A stretch of DNA of 64,000 nt from Microgenomates group bacterium (GTDB lineage Bacteria > Patescibacteriota > Microgenomatia > Daviesbacterales > UBA10151), in assembly GCA_041659805.1 (NCBI GenBank), contig JBAZXP010000001.1:256589-320588 (forward strand), given 5' to 3'. Shown piece after piece: positions 48,040-58,300 of this stretch; within the stretch, counting starts at the first letter, position 1, and every line of letters begins with the position of its first letter. The notes under the pieces are model-generated. The model ran no database searches, had not been told where the DNA came from, and was given only the letters and a program-made list of their open reading frames with translations. The translations under genes were made by a program, and so were the position numbers.

Positions 48040-50349
48040 ATGAGTTTTTTAGATCAACTTACTGCTCTGCTTCCGTTTAATAAAAAGTCTGAAACTACAG
48101 AATATTTTTTTGCTGTCACTATCGGTTTGACTGAGGTTACCTCTACTGTTTGGGGTCTATATGGGAAACAAATAGATATATTAGGTCAAAAAACCCTTAC
48201 TTACTCTGATTTGGAAGATTTAACTGCCAAAACACATCAGGCTCTAGATGATTCCTTGGGGGCACTTGATTTGGAGCCTGAAAAAGTATTATTTGGGGTA
48301 CCGGAATCCTGGAGTATGGATGATAATCTCAAAGACCCATATTTAAAGCTTTTGAGCAAAATGCTTAAAGAATATGATCTTTCTCCGATGGCTTATGTTA
48401 CAACCACCAATTCTTTGTCTTATCTTTTGCAAAAGCAGGAAGGTGTACCACCCACAGCAATTCTTTTAGGTCTAGGAAGTTTTGTTGAGATAACTTTGGT
48501 AAAGGGTGGAAAAATTTTGGGAACAAAATCTACTAAAAGAACAGATATTTTATTTGAAGATATCGAAAAGGTTTTGCAGCAATTTATAGAGGTTGAGGTT
48601 TTGCCTTCAAAGATTTTATTGTATTCCACCAAAGCAGGACAGGATTTATCAAAATTGCATTCAGATTTAATGTCTTTCCCCTGGATGGCCAAACTTTCTT
48701 TCCTGCATTTTCCCAAAATTGAAATCTTGGCAGATGACATTTTATATCAGTCAGTCATTTTTGCCGGGGCGTCAGAACTTTATCCTGAAATAGATTTGAA
48801 GCATAACTTTTCTCTTTACCAGCCTATCACCCCTTCGTTTGAAGAAAAATCCCCACATGTTAGAGGATTTCATGCTATGAATAAGTCTGAGGTGAATGAA
48901 GAAGGTGAGGTAGAAGATTTGGGTTTTGTGAAGGGTGATATCAGAAAAGAACTTGAAAAACAGCAGGAAGAAAGTTCTCATGCCTCGCCCCGTAAGTTAA
49001 AAAAGTTTTCCGCTATGGAAGCAGAAGATTTGGAATCAGATAATTTAATTTCACCTGAAACAGAAGAAGAAGAGATGTGGGGGGAGCCGGTAGAGCATCC
49101 CAAAAAAGGCAAATCTTTGATAAACTCATTGGGGGGCTTTTTTCCAATGCAACAGTTTTTCTCAAAAATTCATATTCCTAAGAAATTCCCTTTGAAAGGA
49201 TTTTTGTCAGGTAAACTGATACTTATCCTGATTGTGCTTGGAGTAACTGTAGCCTTATATGTTTTTCTGAATAAGGCAAAGGTTGAAATTTTGGTAGAAC
49301 CAAAGTTGCTCACCAAAGAGACTCAGGTAGTGGCAGATCCTAAGGTCAAACAAATAGATGAAGCAAATAAAATTATCCCCGGAACAATAATAGAAACCAC
49401 AGAAACAGGCACAGAAAAAGGGACTGCGACCGGTTCCAAGCAAATCGGTGATTCTGCGAAAGGCAAAGTGGTAATCCGCAATAAAACAGATTCTGGTATC
49501 ACGGTTGCTAAAGGGACTACTTTAACTTCCGGTTCGGGGTTGAAATTTACTCTGGATCAAAGCGCGATAATTTCATCAGCTTCCTCATCTTTGACTCCAG
49601 ATGGTCAAACTACGACTTGGGGTAAATCTGATCCAGTTGGGGTCACAGCTGTTGCCATTGGTCCTGAAAGTAATTTAACCGGAGGAACTGAGATGATAGT
49701 AGGGAGTTATTCTAAAGATCAGCTTATTTCTAGTGTTGATGCCGCTTTATCAGGTGGAACATCCAAAACAGTGACTGTCGTAACTTCTGAAGATCAAAAA
49801 ATGTTACAGGCAAAATTAACAGATACTTTGCGCCAAAAAGCGGTGACTACTTTACAGGATCAATCCAAAAACGGGCAGAAGGTTATTACTGATGCAATGA
49901 GCGTTACTGATGGAAAATATAGTTTTAGCAAACAGGTTAATGATCCGGCATCAGATTTTACCCTGAATGCCACCATTCGTTTCCGGGGGACTTCATATCT
50001 TGATGCAGATTTGCGAACAATTGTTTCAAAACTTGTGGTAACAGATATACCTGCCAACTACCAGATGAGTTTGCAGGATGCAGAAACGCAGGCAGCTGTA
50101 ACCAAAGTTGAAAAAGATGGCAGGCTTATTTTTAACGCAAAATTTATTGCCAAATTATTACCGAATTTTAATACTGATGAAATTAAAAAATCGATTATTG
50201 GTAAAAGTATTCCTGATGCAAGTACAAAATTAAAAGAAATTGAAAATGTAATTGGTTCAGAAATTACACTTACACCCGCTCTTCCAGGGCCTTTGGGTAG
50301 ATTACCACTCTTGGATCAAAATATTACTATTACTATTTCTCCCAAGTAA
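48040..50349 (+). CDS. Large bitopic protein (769 aa). It has a degenerate actin-like (FtsA/PilM-like) cytoplasmic N-terminal domain, an acidic linker, one transmembrane helix and a Thr/Ser/Gly-rich extracytoplasmic domain.
   Basis: The N-terminal FFAVTIGLTEV...ILLGLGSFVEITLVKGGKIL resembles actin-fold phosphate and adenosine loops. A transmembrane helix (LILILIVLGVTVALYVFL) occurs around residue 390. Confidence 0.45.
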   Translation: MSFLDQLTALLPFNKKSETTEYFFAVTIGLTEVTSTVWGLYGKQIDILGQKTLTYSDLEDLTAKTHQALDDSLGALDLEPEKVLFGVPESWSMDDNLKDPYLKLLSKMLKEYDLSPMAYVTTTNSLSYLLQKQEGVPPTAILLGLGSFVEITLVKGGKILGTKSTKRTDILFEDIEKVLQQFIEVEVLPSKILLYSTKAGQDLSKLHSDLMSFPWMAKLSFLHFPKIEILADDILYQSVIFAGASELYPEIDLKHNFSLYQPITPSFEEKSPHVRGFHAMNKSEVNEEGEVEDLGFVKGDIRKELEKQQEESSHASPRKLKKFSAMEAEDLESDNLISPETEEEEMWGEPVEHPKKGKSLINSLGGFFPMQQFFSKIHIPKKFPLKGFLSGKLILILIVLGVTVALYVFLNKAKVEILVEPKLLTKETQVVADPKVKQIDEANKIIPGTIIETTETGTEKGTATGSKQIGDSAKGKVVIRNKTDSGITVAKGTTLTSGSGLKFTLDQSAIISSASSSLTPDGQTTTWGKSDPVGVTAVAIGPESNLTGGTEMIVGSYSKDQLISSVDAALSGGTSKTVTVVTSEDQKMLQAKLTDTLRQKAVTTLQDQSKNGQKVITDAMSVTDGKYSFSKQVNDPASDFTLNATIRFRGTSYLDADLRTIVSKLVVTDIPANYQMSLQDAETQAAVTKVEKDGRLIFNAKFIAKLLPNFNTDEIKKSIIGKSIPDASTKLKEIENVIGSEITLTPALPGPLGRLPLLDQNITITISPK

Positions 50350-50366
50350 TATTATATAATCACCAG

Positions 50367-50747
50367 ATGAGGTATTTAGGGGTTGATTGGGGCATCAAAA
50401 AAATTGGAGTTGCTATTTCTGAGGGGGATTTAGCCACCCCGTTAAAAACTCTGCATGTTAATGGTCTGGAAGATGCTATTTCTCAAATTGTAGGATGTTG
50501 CGAAGATGAAATAGCTGATCTGATTGTGCTTGGAAAACCAGAAGGTGAAATGGGGGAGATAGTTAAAAAGGTTTCCAAGCTTTTGAAAGGAGAGGGTTTT
50601 GAGGTTGTTTTAGCTGATGAAACATTATCCACTCAGGAAGCACAGAGTCTGATGATAGAAATGGGTTTGGGTAAAAAAGACAGAAAAGATGATAATGCCA
50701 CTTCTGCTGCTATAATTTTACAAAGATATTTGGATGAGAAACATTAA
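50367..50747 (+). CDS. ruvX: RuvX/YqgF Holliday-junction-resolvase-like putative pre-16S rRNA nuclease.
   Basis: MRYLGVDWGIKKIGVAISEG. 126 aa. Confidence 0.8.
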   Translation: MRYLGVDWGIKKIGVAISEGDLATPLKTLHVNGLEDAISQIVGCCEDEIADLIVLGKPEGEMGEIVKKVSKLLKGEGFEVVLADETLSTQEAQSLMIEMGLGKKDRKDDNATSAAIILQRYLDEKH

Positions 50748-51510
50748 TTTTCGTTTTATCCTGCTTGTTATTTTTTTATTAGCTGCTTTTCTGGCCTTTA
50801 AAGGAATAAAGGTTTATAAAACAATAATTGCTCCACCACCGCCTATTCCGACAGTTATTCCTGAAAAGAAAGTTACATTAATTGAAGGTTGGAGAGTGGA
50901 AGAAATGGCAGAAAAACTGAATAAAGAGTTGGGAATTAAGAATAAGGATTTTCTTGTTGTTGCCAAAGAGGGTTATATGTTTCCTGATACTTATTTTTTT
51001 GAACCAGATGCTTCTGCTTCCGCTGTTGCTAAAAAACTCAGATCAACCTTTGATTTAAAATATGATGCAGATTTGCAGGCAAAAATAAAAAAATTGGGTT
51101 TAACATCATCAGAGGGGGTAATTTTAGCCTCAATCGTGGAAAGAGAAGCCAGGTCAGATGAAGCAAGAAAAATGGTTGCTTCAATTCTTTTAAAAAGATT
51201 AAAGATTGATATGGGACTTAACGTTGATGCTGGAATTCAATATGCATTGGGATATCAGCAGGCAGAAAAATCATGGTGGAAAAGAAATTTAACTAAAGAT
51301 GATCTGAAAATTAATTCTCCTTATAATACTTATATTCATGCGGGCTTTCCACCTACTCCAATTTGTAATCCATCACTATCATCTTTGGAAGCAATAGCAA
51401 ATGCGGATTCGAAAACACCATATTTATATTATTTCCATGATTCACAGGGAGTCTCCCATTACAGCAAAACTTTAGAAGAACACAATCAACAAATAGCTGA
51501 CTATTTGTAG
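50734..51510 (+). CDS. mltG: Endolytic murein transglycosylase MltG (YceG-like).
   Basis: N-terminal transmembrane helix, and GYMFPDTYFF, SIVEREA and SPYNTY motifs of the YceG family. Confidence 0.8.
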   Translation: MRNINFRFILLVIFLLAAFLAFKGIKVYKTIIAPPPPIPTVIPEKKVTLIEGWRVEEMAEKLNKELGIKNKDFLVVAKEGYMFPDTYFFEPDASASAVAKKLRSTFDLKYDADLQAKIKKLGLTSSEGVILASIVEREARSDEARKMVASILLKRLKIDMGLNVDAGIQYALGYQQAEKSWWKRNLTKDDLKINSPYNTYIHAGFPPTPICNPSLSSLEAIANADSKTPYLYYFHDSQGVSHYSKTLEEHNQQIADYL

Positions 51511-51708
51511 TTATTTTTTAGTAATTTTAGGTAAAAAGTAGATTAAAATTCCAACTGCAATTAAACTGAATCCCCATTTTAACGGATGAAGCCCAAAAAC
51601 CAGATTAGAAAGTAATGCTCCAATTCCAATACCGATTATTAATTTAGATATGCAACAAGAGTTACCTCCTTCACAACACATAATATCTTTTGAAGTTTTT
51701 TTAGCCAT
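51511..51708 (-). CDS. Small membrane protein (65 aa) with an N-terminal CCEGGNSCC cluster.
   Basis: Short ORF with a hydrophobic C-terminal half. Confidence 0.3.
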   Translation of the reverse strand: MAKKTSKDIMCCEGGNSCCISKLIIGIGIGALLSNLVFGLHPLKWGFSLIAVGILIYFLPKITKK

Positions 51709-51789
51709 ATATTTTTCACCCCCTCAAATTAAGTATTAAGTATTATGTATAAAGTATCAAGGACTAAAAAAATGCAACAAAATTCACTG

Positions 51790-51818
51790 TTGACAGCGGG
51801 TGTATTTTATGGTTAAAT
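51790..51818 (+). promoter_or_regulatory. Candidate promoter upstream of rpoB: TTGACA, a 17-nt spacer, then TTAAAT.
   Basis: Hexamers at 51790-51795 and 51813-51818. Confidence 0.35.
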
Positions 51819-51845
51819 TACCCACAGCTAAAGAGTTTTTAAGAG

Positions 51846-51871
51846 GCATACTCGCTATGTATGCTTCTTTT
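51846..51871 (+). terminator. Attenuator-like hairpin plus U-run in the rpoB leader.
   Basis: GCATAC-TCGCTAT-GTATGC followed by TTCTTTT, about 50 nt upstream of the rpoB ATG. Confidence 0.35.
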
Positions 51872-51920
51872 CGTTGTATCCCCTAAAAGGGAACTATAGG
51901 TTATAAGGAACCATCTACTG

Positions 51921-54900
51921 ATGCCTAAACAAGTTGATAAACAAATAAATAACAGTACCCGCACATATTGGGGAAACAGAAAGTCTTTCAACCAACAGTT
52001 TGATTTAACGTATCTCCAAAAAGAATCATATGCATGGTTTATGGAACAAGGTGTCGGAGAAATCCTTCATTCAGTCAATCCCGTTTTAGATTTCACAGGT
52101 AAAAATTGGAAACTTACCTTTGAAGAATATACTTTAGGAAAACCTAGATACACCCCCGACGAAGCAAATCTGAAGGGGGTTTCTTATGATGCACCACTCC
52201 GAGTTAAAGTCACTTTAATTAATTTACAAACCAACGAAGAATATAAACAAGAGGTTTTCTTGGGTGATATTCCACAAATGACAGATAAAGGAACTTTTAT
52301 TGTTAACGGAATTGAAAGAGCAGTAGTTAACCAAATCGTCCGTTCACCGGGCGTTTTCTTTTCTTCAGCCCAAGATCCTATTACAGGAAAAATTTTATAT
52401 TCAGCAGAACTTCGACCTGCACACGGTTCATGGTTAGAATTTTCTATTTCCAGATCAGATGTTTTGACAGTTAAAATTGACAGACGAAGAAAATTTGCAG
52501 CTTCTACATTCCTTAGAGCAATCGGTTATTCTGACGATGATCAAATCAGAGAACTCTTTAAAGACTTAAATTTACCAGAAGATCGCAATTTCGTGGCTGC
52601 CACTTTAGGCAAAGACACAACCTCAAATACAGATGAAGCACTCCTTGAAATTTACCGAAAAATGAGACCTGGTGATCCAGTAGTTTTGGAAAATGCTAAA
52701 GCTTTACTTGCAGGCATGTTTTTTAATTCCAGACGATATGATTTAACCAGAGTTGGTAGATTCAAAATCAACAAAAAATTAAAACTGGATATTCCAAATA
52801 CCCCTGATAACTGGATTTTGAAAAATGAAGATATTATTGCCACCATCCGCTACTTAATTAACTTACAACTGGGACAAGGAAAAGTTGATGATATTGATCA
52901 TTTGGCTAATAGACGTGTCAGACGAGTTGGAGAACTCGTTGCTCAAAACGCTTTCTGGGTAGGTTTACTCAGACTGGAAAGAGTAATTAAAGAAAGAATG
53001 AGTTTGCTTTCTGCTGAAATGGAAATTAATCCAGGGTCTTTAGTTAATGCCAGACCGATTATTGCTGCAGTTAATGAATTTTTCCGTTCATCCCAACTTT
53101 CACAAATTTTAGACCAAACCAACCCATTATCTGAGGTTGATCATTTAAGAAGACTTACCGTGACTGGACAAGGTGGTATTACGCGTGAGCGAGCATCTTT
53201 CTCTATTCGTGATATTAATCATTCCCAATACGGAAGAATTGATCCGATCCGTTCTCCTGAAGGTCCGAACATTGGTTTGGTGACATATTTAGCTTTATAT
53301 GCCCGAATTAATGAATATGGATTCTTGGAAACACCTTACAGAAAAGTAATCTTAGAAAAAGGCAAACCAAGGGTGACTGATGAAATAGTTTATCTGTCAG
53401 CTGAAGATGAAGAAGAATTTTATATTACTGAAGCAACTGCAAAATTAGATGAAAAAGGATTTATTACCTCAGAACGTGTGCCGGTTAGATACAATGGCAG
53501 TTTCTTTGAAACCGAGGCTAAAGTAATCCAATATATCGATATTTCACCACAACAAATTGTGGGAATTTCTGCGTCTCTTATTCCATTTTTAGCCCATGAT
53601 GATGCAAACCGGGCTTTGATGGGTTCACACATGCAGAATCAGGCTGTTCCATTACTTCTACCAACAGCTCCTGTTGTGGGAACTGGTATGGAAGTAGTTG
53701 TGGCTGATAATATGTCCAGAGTTCAAAGAGCACCATTTGAGGGAACAATTACTTATGTTGATGGCGAAAAATTAACATTAACCGGTAAAAAAGATTCTCA
53801 AACATATTTAATCAAAAAATTCGTTAATACTCCGGAAAACACCTGTTATTCACAAAGACCTGCAGTTTCTTTGGGTCAAAAAGTTAAAGAAGGAGATCTG
53901 TTGCTTGAAGGAACAGCCACAGACGGCGGAGAATTATCACTCGGACGAAATCTTTTAATCGCCTATATGAACTATGAAGGTTTGGGTTATGAGGATGCTA
54001 TCGTAATTTCAGAAAAATTGGTTAAACAGGATGCCTTGTCCTCTATTTATATTGAAGAATATGTCACAGATGTTGTTGAAACAAAACTTGGCCCCGACGA
54101 GCTGACCCGGGATATTCCAAACGTTGCTGAAGAAAACTTGGCAAATTTGGATGAAACAGGAATTGTTCGAATTGGTGCTAAAGTAGGACCAAATGATATT
54201 TTAGTCGGAAAAGTTCAACCAAAAGGTGAAACAGAGTTAACTGCAGAAGAAAGATTACTCAGAGCAATTTTCGGAGAAAAAGCTAAAGAAGTTAGAGACA
54301 CCTCTCTTCGAATGCCGCACGGAGAAAGAGGTACAGTTATCGGAGTTCAGATTTTATCCCGCGAAAATGGTGATGAGTTGGATGCAGGAACTTTGCAAAA
54401 GATTAAAGTTAAGATTGCTCAACTTAGAAAAGTAACAGTTGGAGACAAATTAGCTGGTAGACATGGAAACAAAGGTGTTATTTCTAAAATTGTTCCTGAA
54501 ATCGATATGCCACATCTTCCTGATGGAACTCCAGTTGATATTATCATCTCTCCTGTGACCATTTTGTCCCGTATGAACTTGGGTCAGCTTTTGGAGGCTC
54601 ATTTAGGTTTGGCTGCAACCAGACTTGGGATTAAAGTAGCTGCACCTGTTTTTGAAAAAATTCCTGAAACAATTATTTTGGATATGCTTAAAAAAGCAGG
54701 AATTCCTGAAACAGGAAAAATGAAGCTAATTGACGGTAGAACAGGTGAATATTTTGATCAGGATGTAGTTGTTGGAATGGCATATTTCCTGAAACTTATC
54801 CACATGGTGGAAGATAAACAACACGCCAGATCAACAGGTCCATACTCCATGGTTACACAACAGCCACTTGGTGGAAAAGCTCAAATGGGAGGTCAGAGGC

Positions 54901-55391
54901 TTGGGGAAATGGAAGTTTGGGCATTGGAAGCATATGGTGCAGCTCATATTTTACAGGAAATGTTAACTATTAAATCAGATGATGTAGTTGGTCGAACCAG
55001 AGCTTATCAGGCAATTATTCAAGGTGAAGATATTCCACAAGCTTTGATTCCTGAATCATTTAAAGTGCTTGTTAAAGAATTACAATCTTTGGGTATTAAT
55101 GTAGAAACTGTTAATCCAAAATTGGGAGTAATGGAAGCTGAAGCAATAGTTGCGCCAGAAGAAATTGCAGTTACAGCAGATGTAATTGAAGCAATGGAGG
55201 GTGATCAAATTGGTGAGACTTCAGAATTATTAGCAGAAGATTCTCCAATGGAAGTGGTTGACTTAAAAGAAGAGATGGCGGAGAATGTACCATCAGGATC
55301 AGAAGAGATGATGGCTGAGATTGCTGCACCCACCGAAGAAGAACCTGAAGAAGCAGAACTCAAAGAAGTAGAAGAAGAGGAAAAAGAGTAA
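51921..55391 (+). CDS. rpoB: DNA-directed RNA polymerase beta subunit.
   Basis: Conserved regions throughout. 1156 aa with an acidic C-terminus. Confidence 0.95.
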   Translation: MPKQVDKQINNSTRTYWGNRKSFNQQFDLTYLQKESYAWFMEQGVGEILHSVNPVLDFTGKNWKLTFEEYTLGKPRYTPDEANLKGVSYDAPLRVKVTLINLQTNEEYKQEVFLGDIPQMTDKGTFIVNGIERAVVNQIVRSPGVFFSSAQDPITGKILYSAELRPAHGSWLEFSISRSDVLTVKIDRRRKFAASTFLRAIGYSDDDQIRELFKDLNLPEDRNFVAATLGKDTTSNTDEALLEIYRKMRPGDPVVLENAKALLAGMFFNSRRYDLTRVGRFKINKKLKLDIPNTPDNWILKNEDIIATIRYLINLQLGQGKVDDIDHLANRRVRRVGELVAQNAFWVGLLRLERVIKERMSLLSAEMEINPGSLVNARPIIAAVNEFFRSSQLSQILDQTNPLSEVDHLRRLTVTGQGGITRERASFSIRDINHSQYGRIDPIRSPEGPNIGLVTYLALYARINEYGFLETPYRKVILEKGKPRVTDEIVYLSAEDEEEFYITEATAKLDEKGFITSERVPVRYNGSFFETEAKVIQYIDISPQQIVGISASLIPFLAHDDANRALMGSHMQNQAVPLLLPTAPVVGTGMEVVVADNMSRVQRAPFEGTITYVDGEKLTLTGKKDSQTYLIKKFVNTPENTCYSQRPAVSLGQKVKEGDLLLEGTATDGGELSLGRNLLIAYMNYEGLGYEDAIVISEKLVKQDALSSIYIEEYVTDVVETKLGPDELTRDIPNVAEENLANLDETGIVRIGAKVGPNDILVGKVQPKGETELTAEERLLRAIFGEKAKEVRDTSLRMPHGERGTVIGVQILSRENGDELDAGTLQKIKVKIAQLRKVTVGDKLAGRHGNKGVISKIVPEIDMPHLPDGTPVDIIISPVTILSRMNLGQLLEAHLGLAATRLGIKVAAPVFEKIPETIILDMLKKAGIPETGKMKLIDGRTGEYFDQDVVVGMAYFLKLIHMVEDKQHARSTGPYSMVTQQPLGGKAQMGGQRLGEMEVWALEAYGAAHILQEMLTIKSDDVVGRTRAYQAIIQGEDIPQALIPESFKVLVKELQSLGINVETVNPKLGVMEAEAIVAPEEIAVTADVIEAMEGDQIGETSELLAEDSPMEVVDLKEEMAENVPSGSEEMMAEIAAPTEEEPEEAELKEVEEEEKE

Positions 55392-55392
55392 T

Positions 55393-58300
55393 ATGAACAA
55401 CGATTTGTTAGATTTTGAAAGCTTAAAAGTAACTATTGCCAGCCCAGAGCAAATTAAGGCCTGGTCTTTTGGTGAGGTTACAAAACCTGAAACTATCAAT
55501 TACAGAACATTAAAACCTGAAAAAGACGGTTTGTTTGCTGAAAATATCTTTGGACCAACCAAAGATTATGAATGTTACTGTGGAAAATACAAAAGAATCA
55601 GGTATAGAGGTGTTATTTGTGATAAATGTGGTGTTGAAGTAACTCAAAGCAAAGTTAGACGTGAAAGAATGGGTCATATTACCCTGGCTGCGGCAGTTGC
55701 CCATAATTGGTTTGTTAAAGGTGCTCCTTCCAAATTATCTTTGGTACTCGATCTCTCCTTAAAATCTCTGGAAGCAGTTATCTATTTTGCTTCATATTTG
55801 GTAACAGATGTTGATATTGCTGCCAAAGAAAAAGCTATGGAACAGCTGGAAAAAGACCTTGAAAAGAAAAAAGCAGAAGCTCAGGACGGATTTGATAAAG
55901 CGGTTGTAAATTTGGAATTTGAACTGAAAAAACAAGTTTCAGAACTCAAAAAAGGTAAAGGTGAAGGCGGAGAATTAGAGGCAGAAGACTTAGGTCTAAA
56001 AACTAAACAGGAAGTTCAAAAGATGCGTGATAATCTGGCAGTCGGTTTTGGACAATTGGAACAAATCTACAAAGCTGTTGCTGACCTTGTTAAAAGCATC
56101 AATTTAATGAGGGTTATGTCTGAGGATGAATATTTGAAACTTGATGAATACGGCGTGGCTGATTTTGTCACTGTCGGTATGGGTGCAGAAGGACTGTTGG
56201 AAGTTTTGAAAAAGATTGACATGGATAAATTATCTGCCGATTTGAAAGAAGAAGTCAGAAAGACCACAGGTCAAAGACATATTAAAGCCACAAAAAGACT
56301 TAGGGTTGTTGAAGGAATGAGAGCAGCAGGTGTCGGTCCGGAATATATGGTCATGAGAATATTACCTGTTATTCCGCCGGATCTTCGACCTATGGTTCAG
56401 CTTCCCGGAGGAAGATTTGCCACATCCGATTTAAATGATTTGTATAGAAGAGTTATTAACCGAAACAACCGCTTGAAAAGATTAATTGATCTCGGTGCTC
56501 CTGAAATTATTTTGAGAAATGAAAAAAGAATGTTACAGGAAGCAGTTGACGCATTAATTGATTCAAATCTTAAAACAACTAGACGTGGAGCAGGGACAGG
56601 TCATGTGCTTAGATCTTTGTCAGACATGCTTCGTGGTAAACAGGGAAGATTCAGACAGAATTTGCTCGGTAAAAGGGTTGATTATTCAGGACGTTCAGTT
56701 ATTGTTGTCGGTCCACATTTGAAGCTAAATCAGGTCGGTTTGCCACGGGAAATGGCTCTGGAAATGTTCAAACCATTTGTTCTCCGCGAAATTATCGGTC
56801 GCGGTTTGGCTGCTAATATTAAAGGAGCCAAAAATATTTTGGAACTTCGAACTGCCGAAGTCTGGGATATCTTAGAAGGTGTTGTAGAAGGTCATCCGGT
56901 TTTGATAAACCGTGCACCGACTTTGCACAGATTAGGTATTCAGGCTTTCTTCCCATTACTTATTGACGGCAGTGCAATTCAACTTCATCCTTGTGTTTGT
57001 GCAGGATTTAATGCTGACTTTGATGGTGATCAAATGGCTATTCACGTCCCATTAAGTAAAAGAGCCCGTGATGAAGCTGAAAACTTGATGTTGGCCAGAG
57101 AAAATATCTTAAGACCGGCATCCGGTACACCTGTCACCGCACCTAACCGTGAAATGGGTCTTGGTTCTTATTATGCAACCACAGTTGATGACAAAATCGA
57201 ACCAATTACTGATCGGGTTTTTACACCAACTGAGGCAATTTTAGGTTTCCAAATCGGAAAAATAGGGCTCCGACAAAAGATCAACGTTAGATTTGAAGAC
57301 GGTTCTCAACTTGAAACATCTGTCGGAAGAGTTATGTTTAATGAACTTTTACCTAAAGCTCAAAGATTTATGAACAGCGCTGTCGGAGTAAAAGATCTTC
57401 AGGATATTACTATGAAAGCTTTCTCTGTTAAAGAAACGTCTGAGGAAGTTGCAGTCTTAATCGATAATCTAAAAGATTTCGGTTTCTGGGGTTCAGGACT
57501 TTCCGGATTATCCCTGGGTGTATTTGATAACACAATTATCCCTGAAAAAGACAAAATGATTGCTGACGGAGATAAAGAAGTTTCCGAAGTTGAAGCAAAC
57601 TTCAAAAAAGGTTTGATCACTAATGAAGAGAAACGTGTTTTGACAGAAGAAATTTGGACTAGAATCGGTGATGATATTGCTAAAAAGACACTGGGGTCAC
57701 TTACTTCGGATAATCCTGTCAGTATTATTATGAAATCCGGAGGAGCCCGTGCTACTCCTGAACAGATTAAGCAGCTTTCAGGTATGAGAGGTTTTTCTGT
57801 TGATCCTACAGGTAAAATTGTGGAACTTCCAACCAAGTCCAACTATCGTCAAGGTTTGGCTGTGTTTGAATACTTCACCTCATCCAGAGGAGCCAGAAAA
57901 GGTGTGGCTGATAGGGCTATTAAAACAGCTGATGCAGGATATTTAACCAGAAGACTGGTTGATGTAGCGCACGATGTCATTATCAGAACAGAAGATTGTG
58001 GAGATACTCATGGATTGGTCTTACCAGTTCCAACTGAAGGTGTTTCTGTCGGAGTTTCCAGATTCTTAGGTAGACATGTTGCAACTAAGATCATTGATCC
58101 AAAAACTAAAAAGGTTATGTTTGAGGCTGGTGATTACCTTGATGAAGAAAAAATTAAACAAATTATTGAAGCCGGAGTTGTTGAAATTAATGTATATTCT
58201 CCGCTTTCCTGTAAGGCTAAATATGGAGTTTGTGGAAAATGTTATGGTTGGGACTTTACTACCCGCAAGCCAGTGGCAATCGGTGTTCCTGTTGGTGTGG

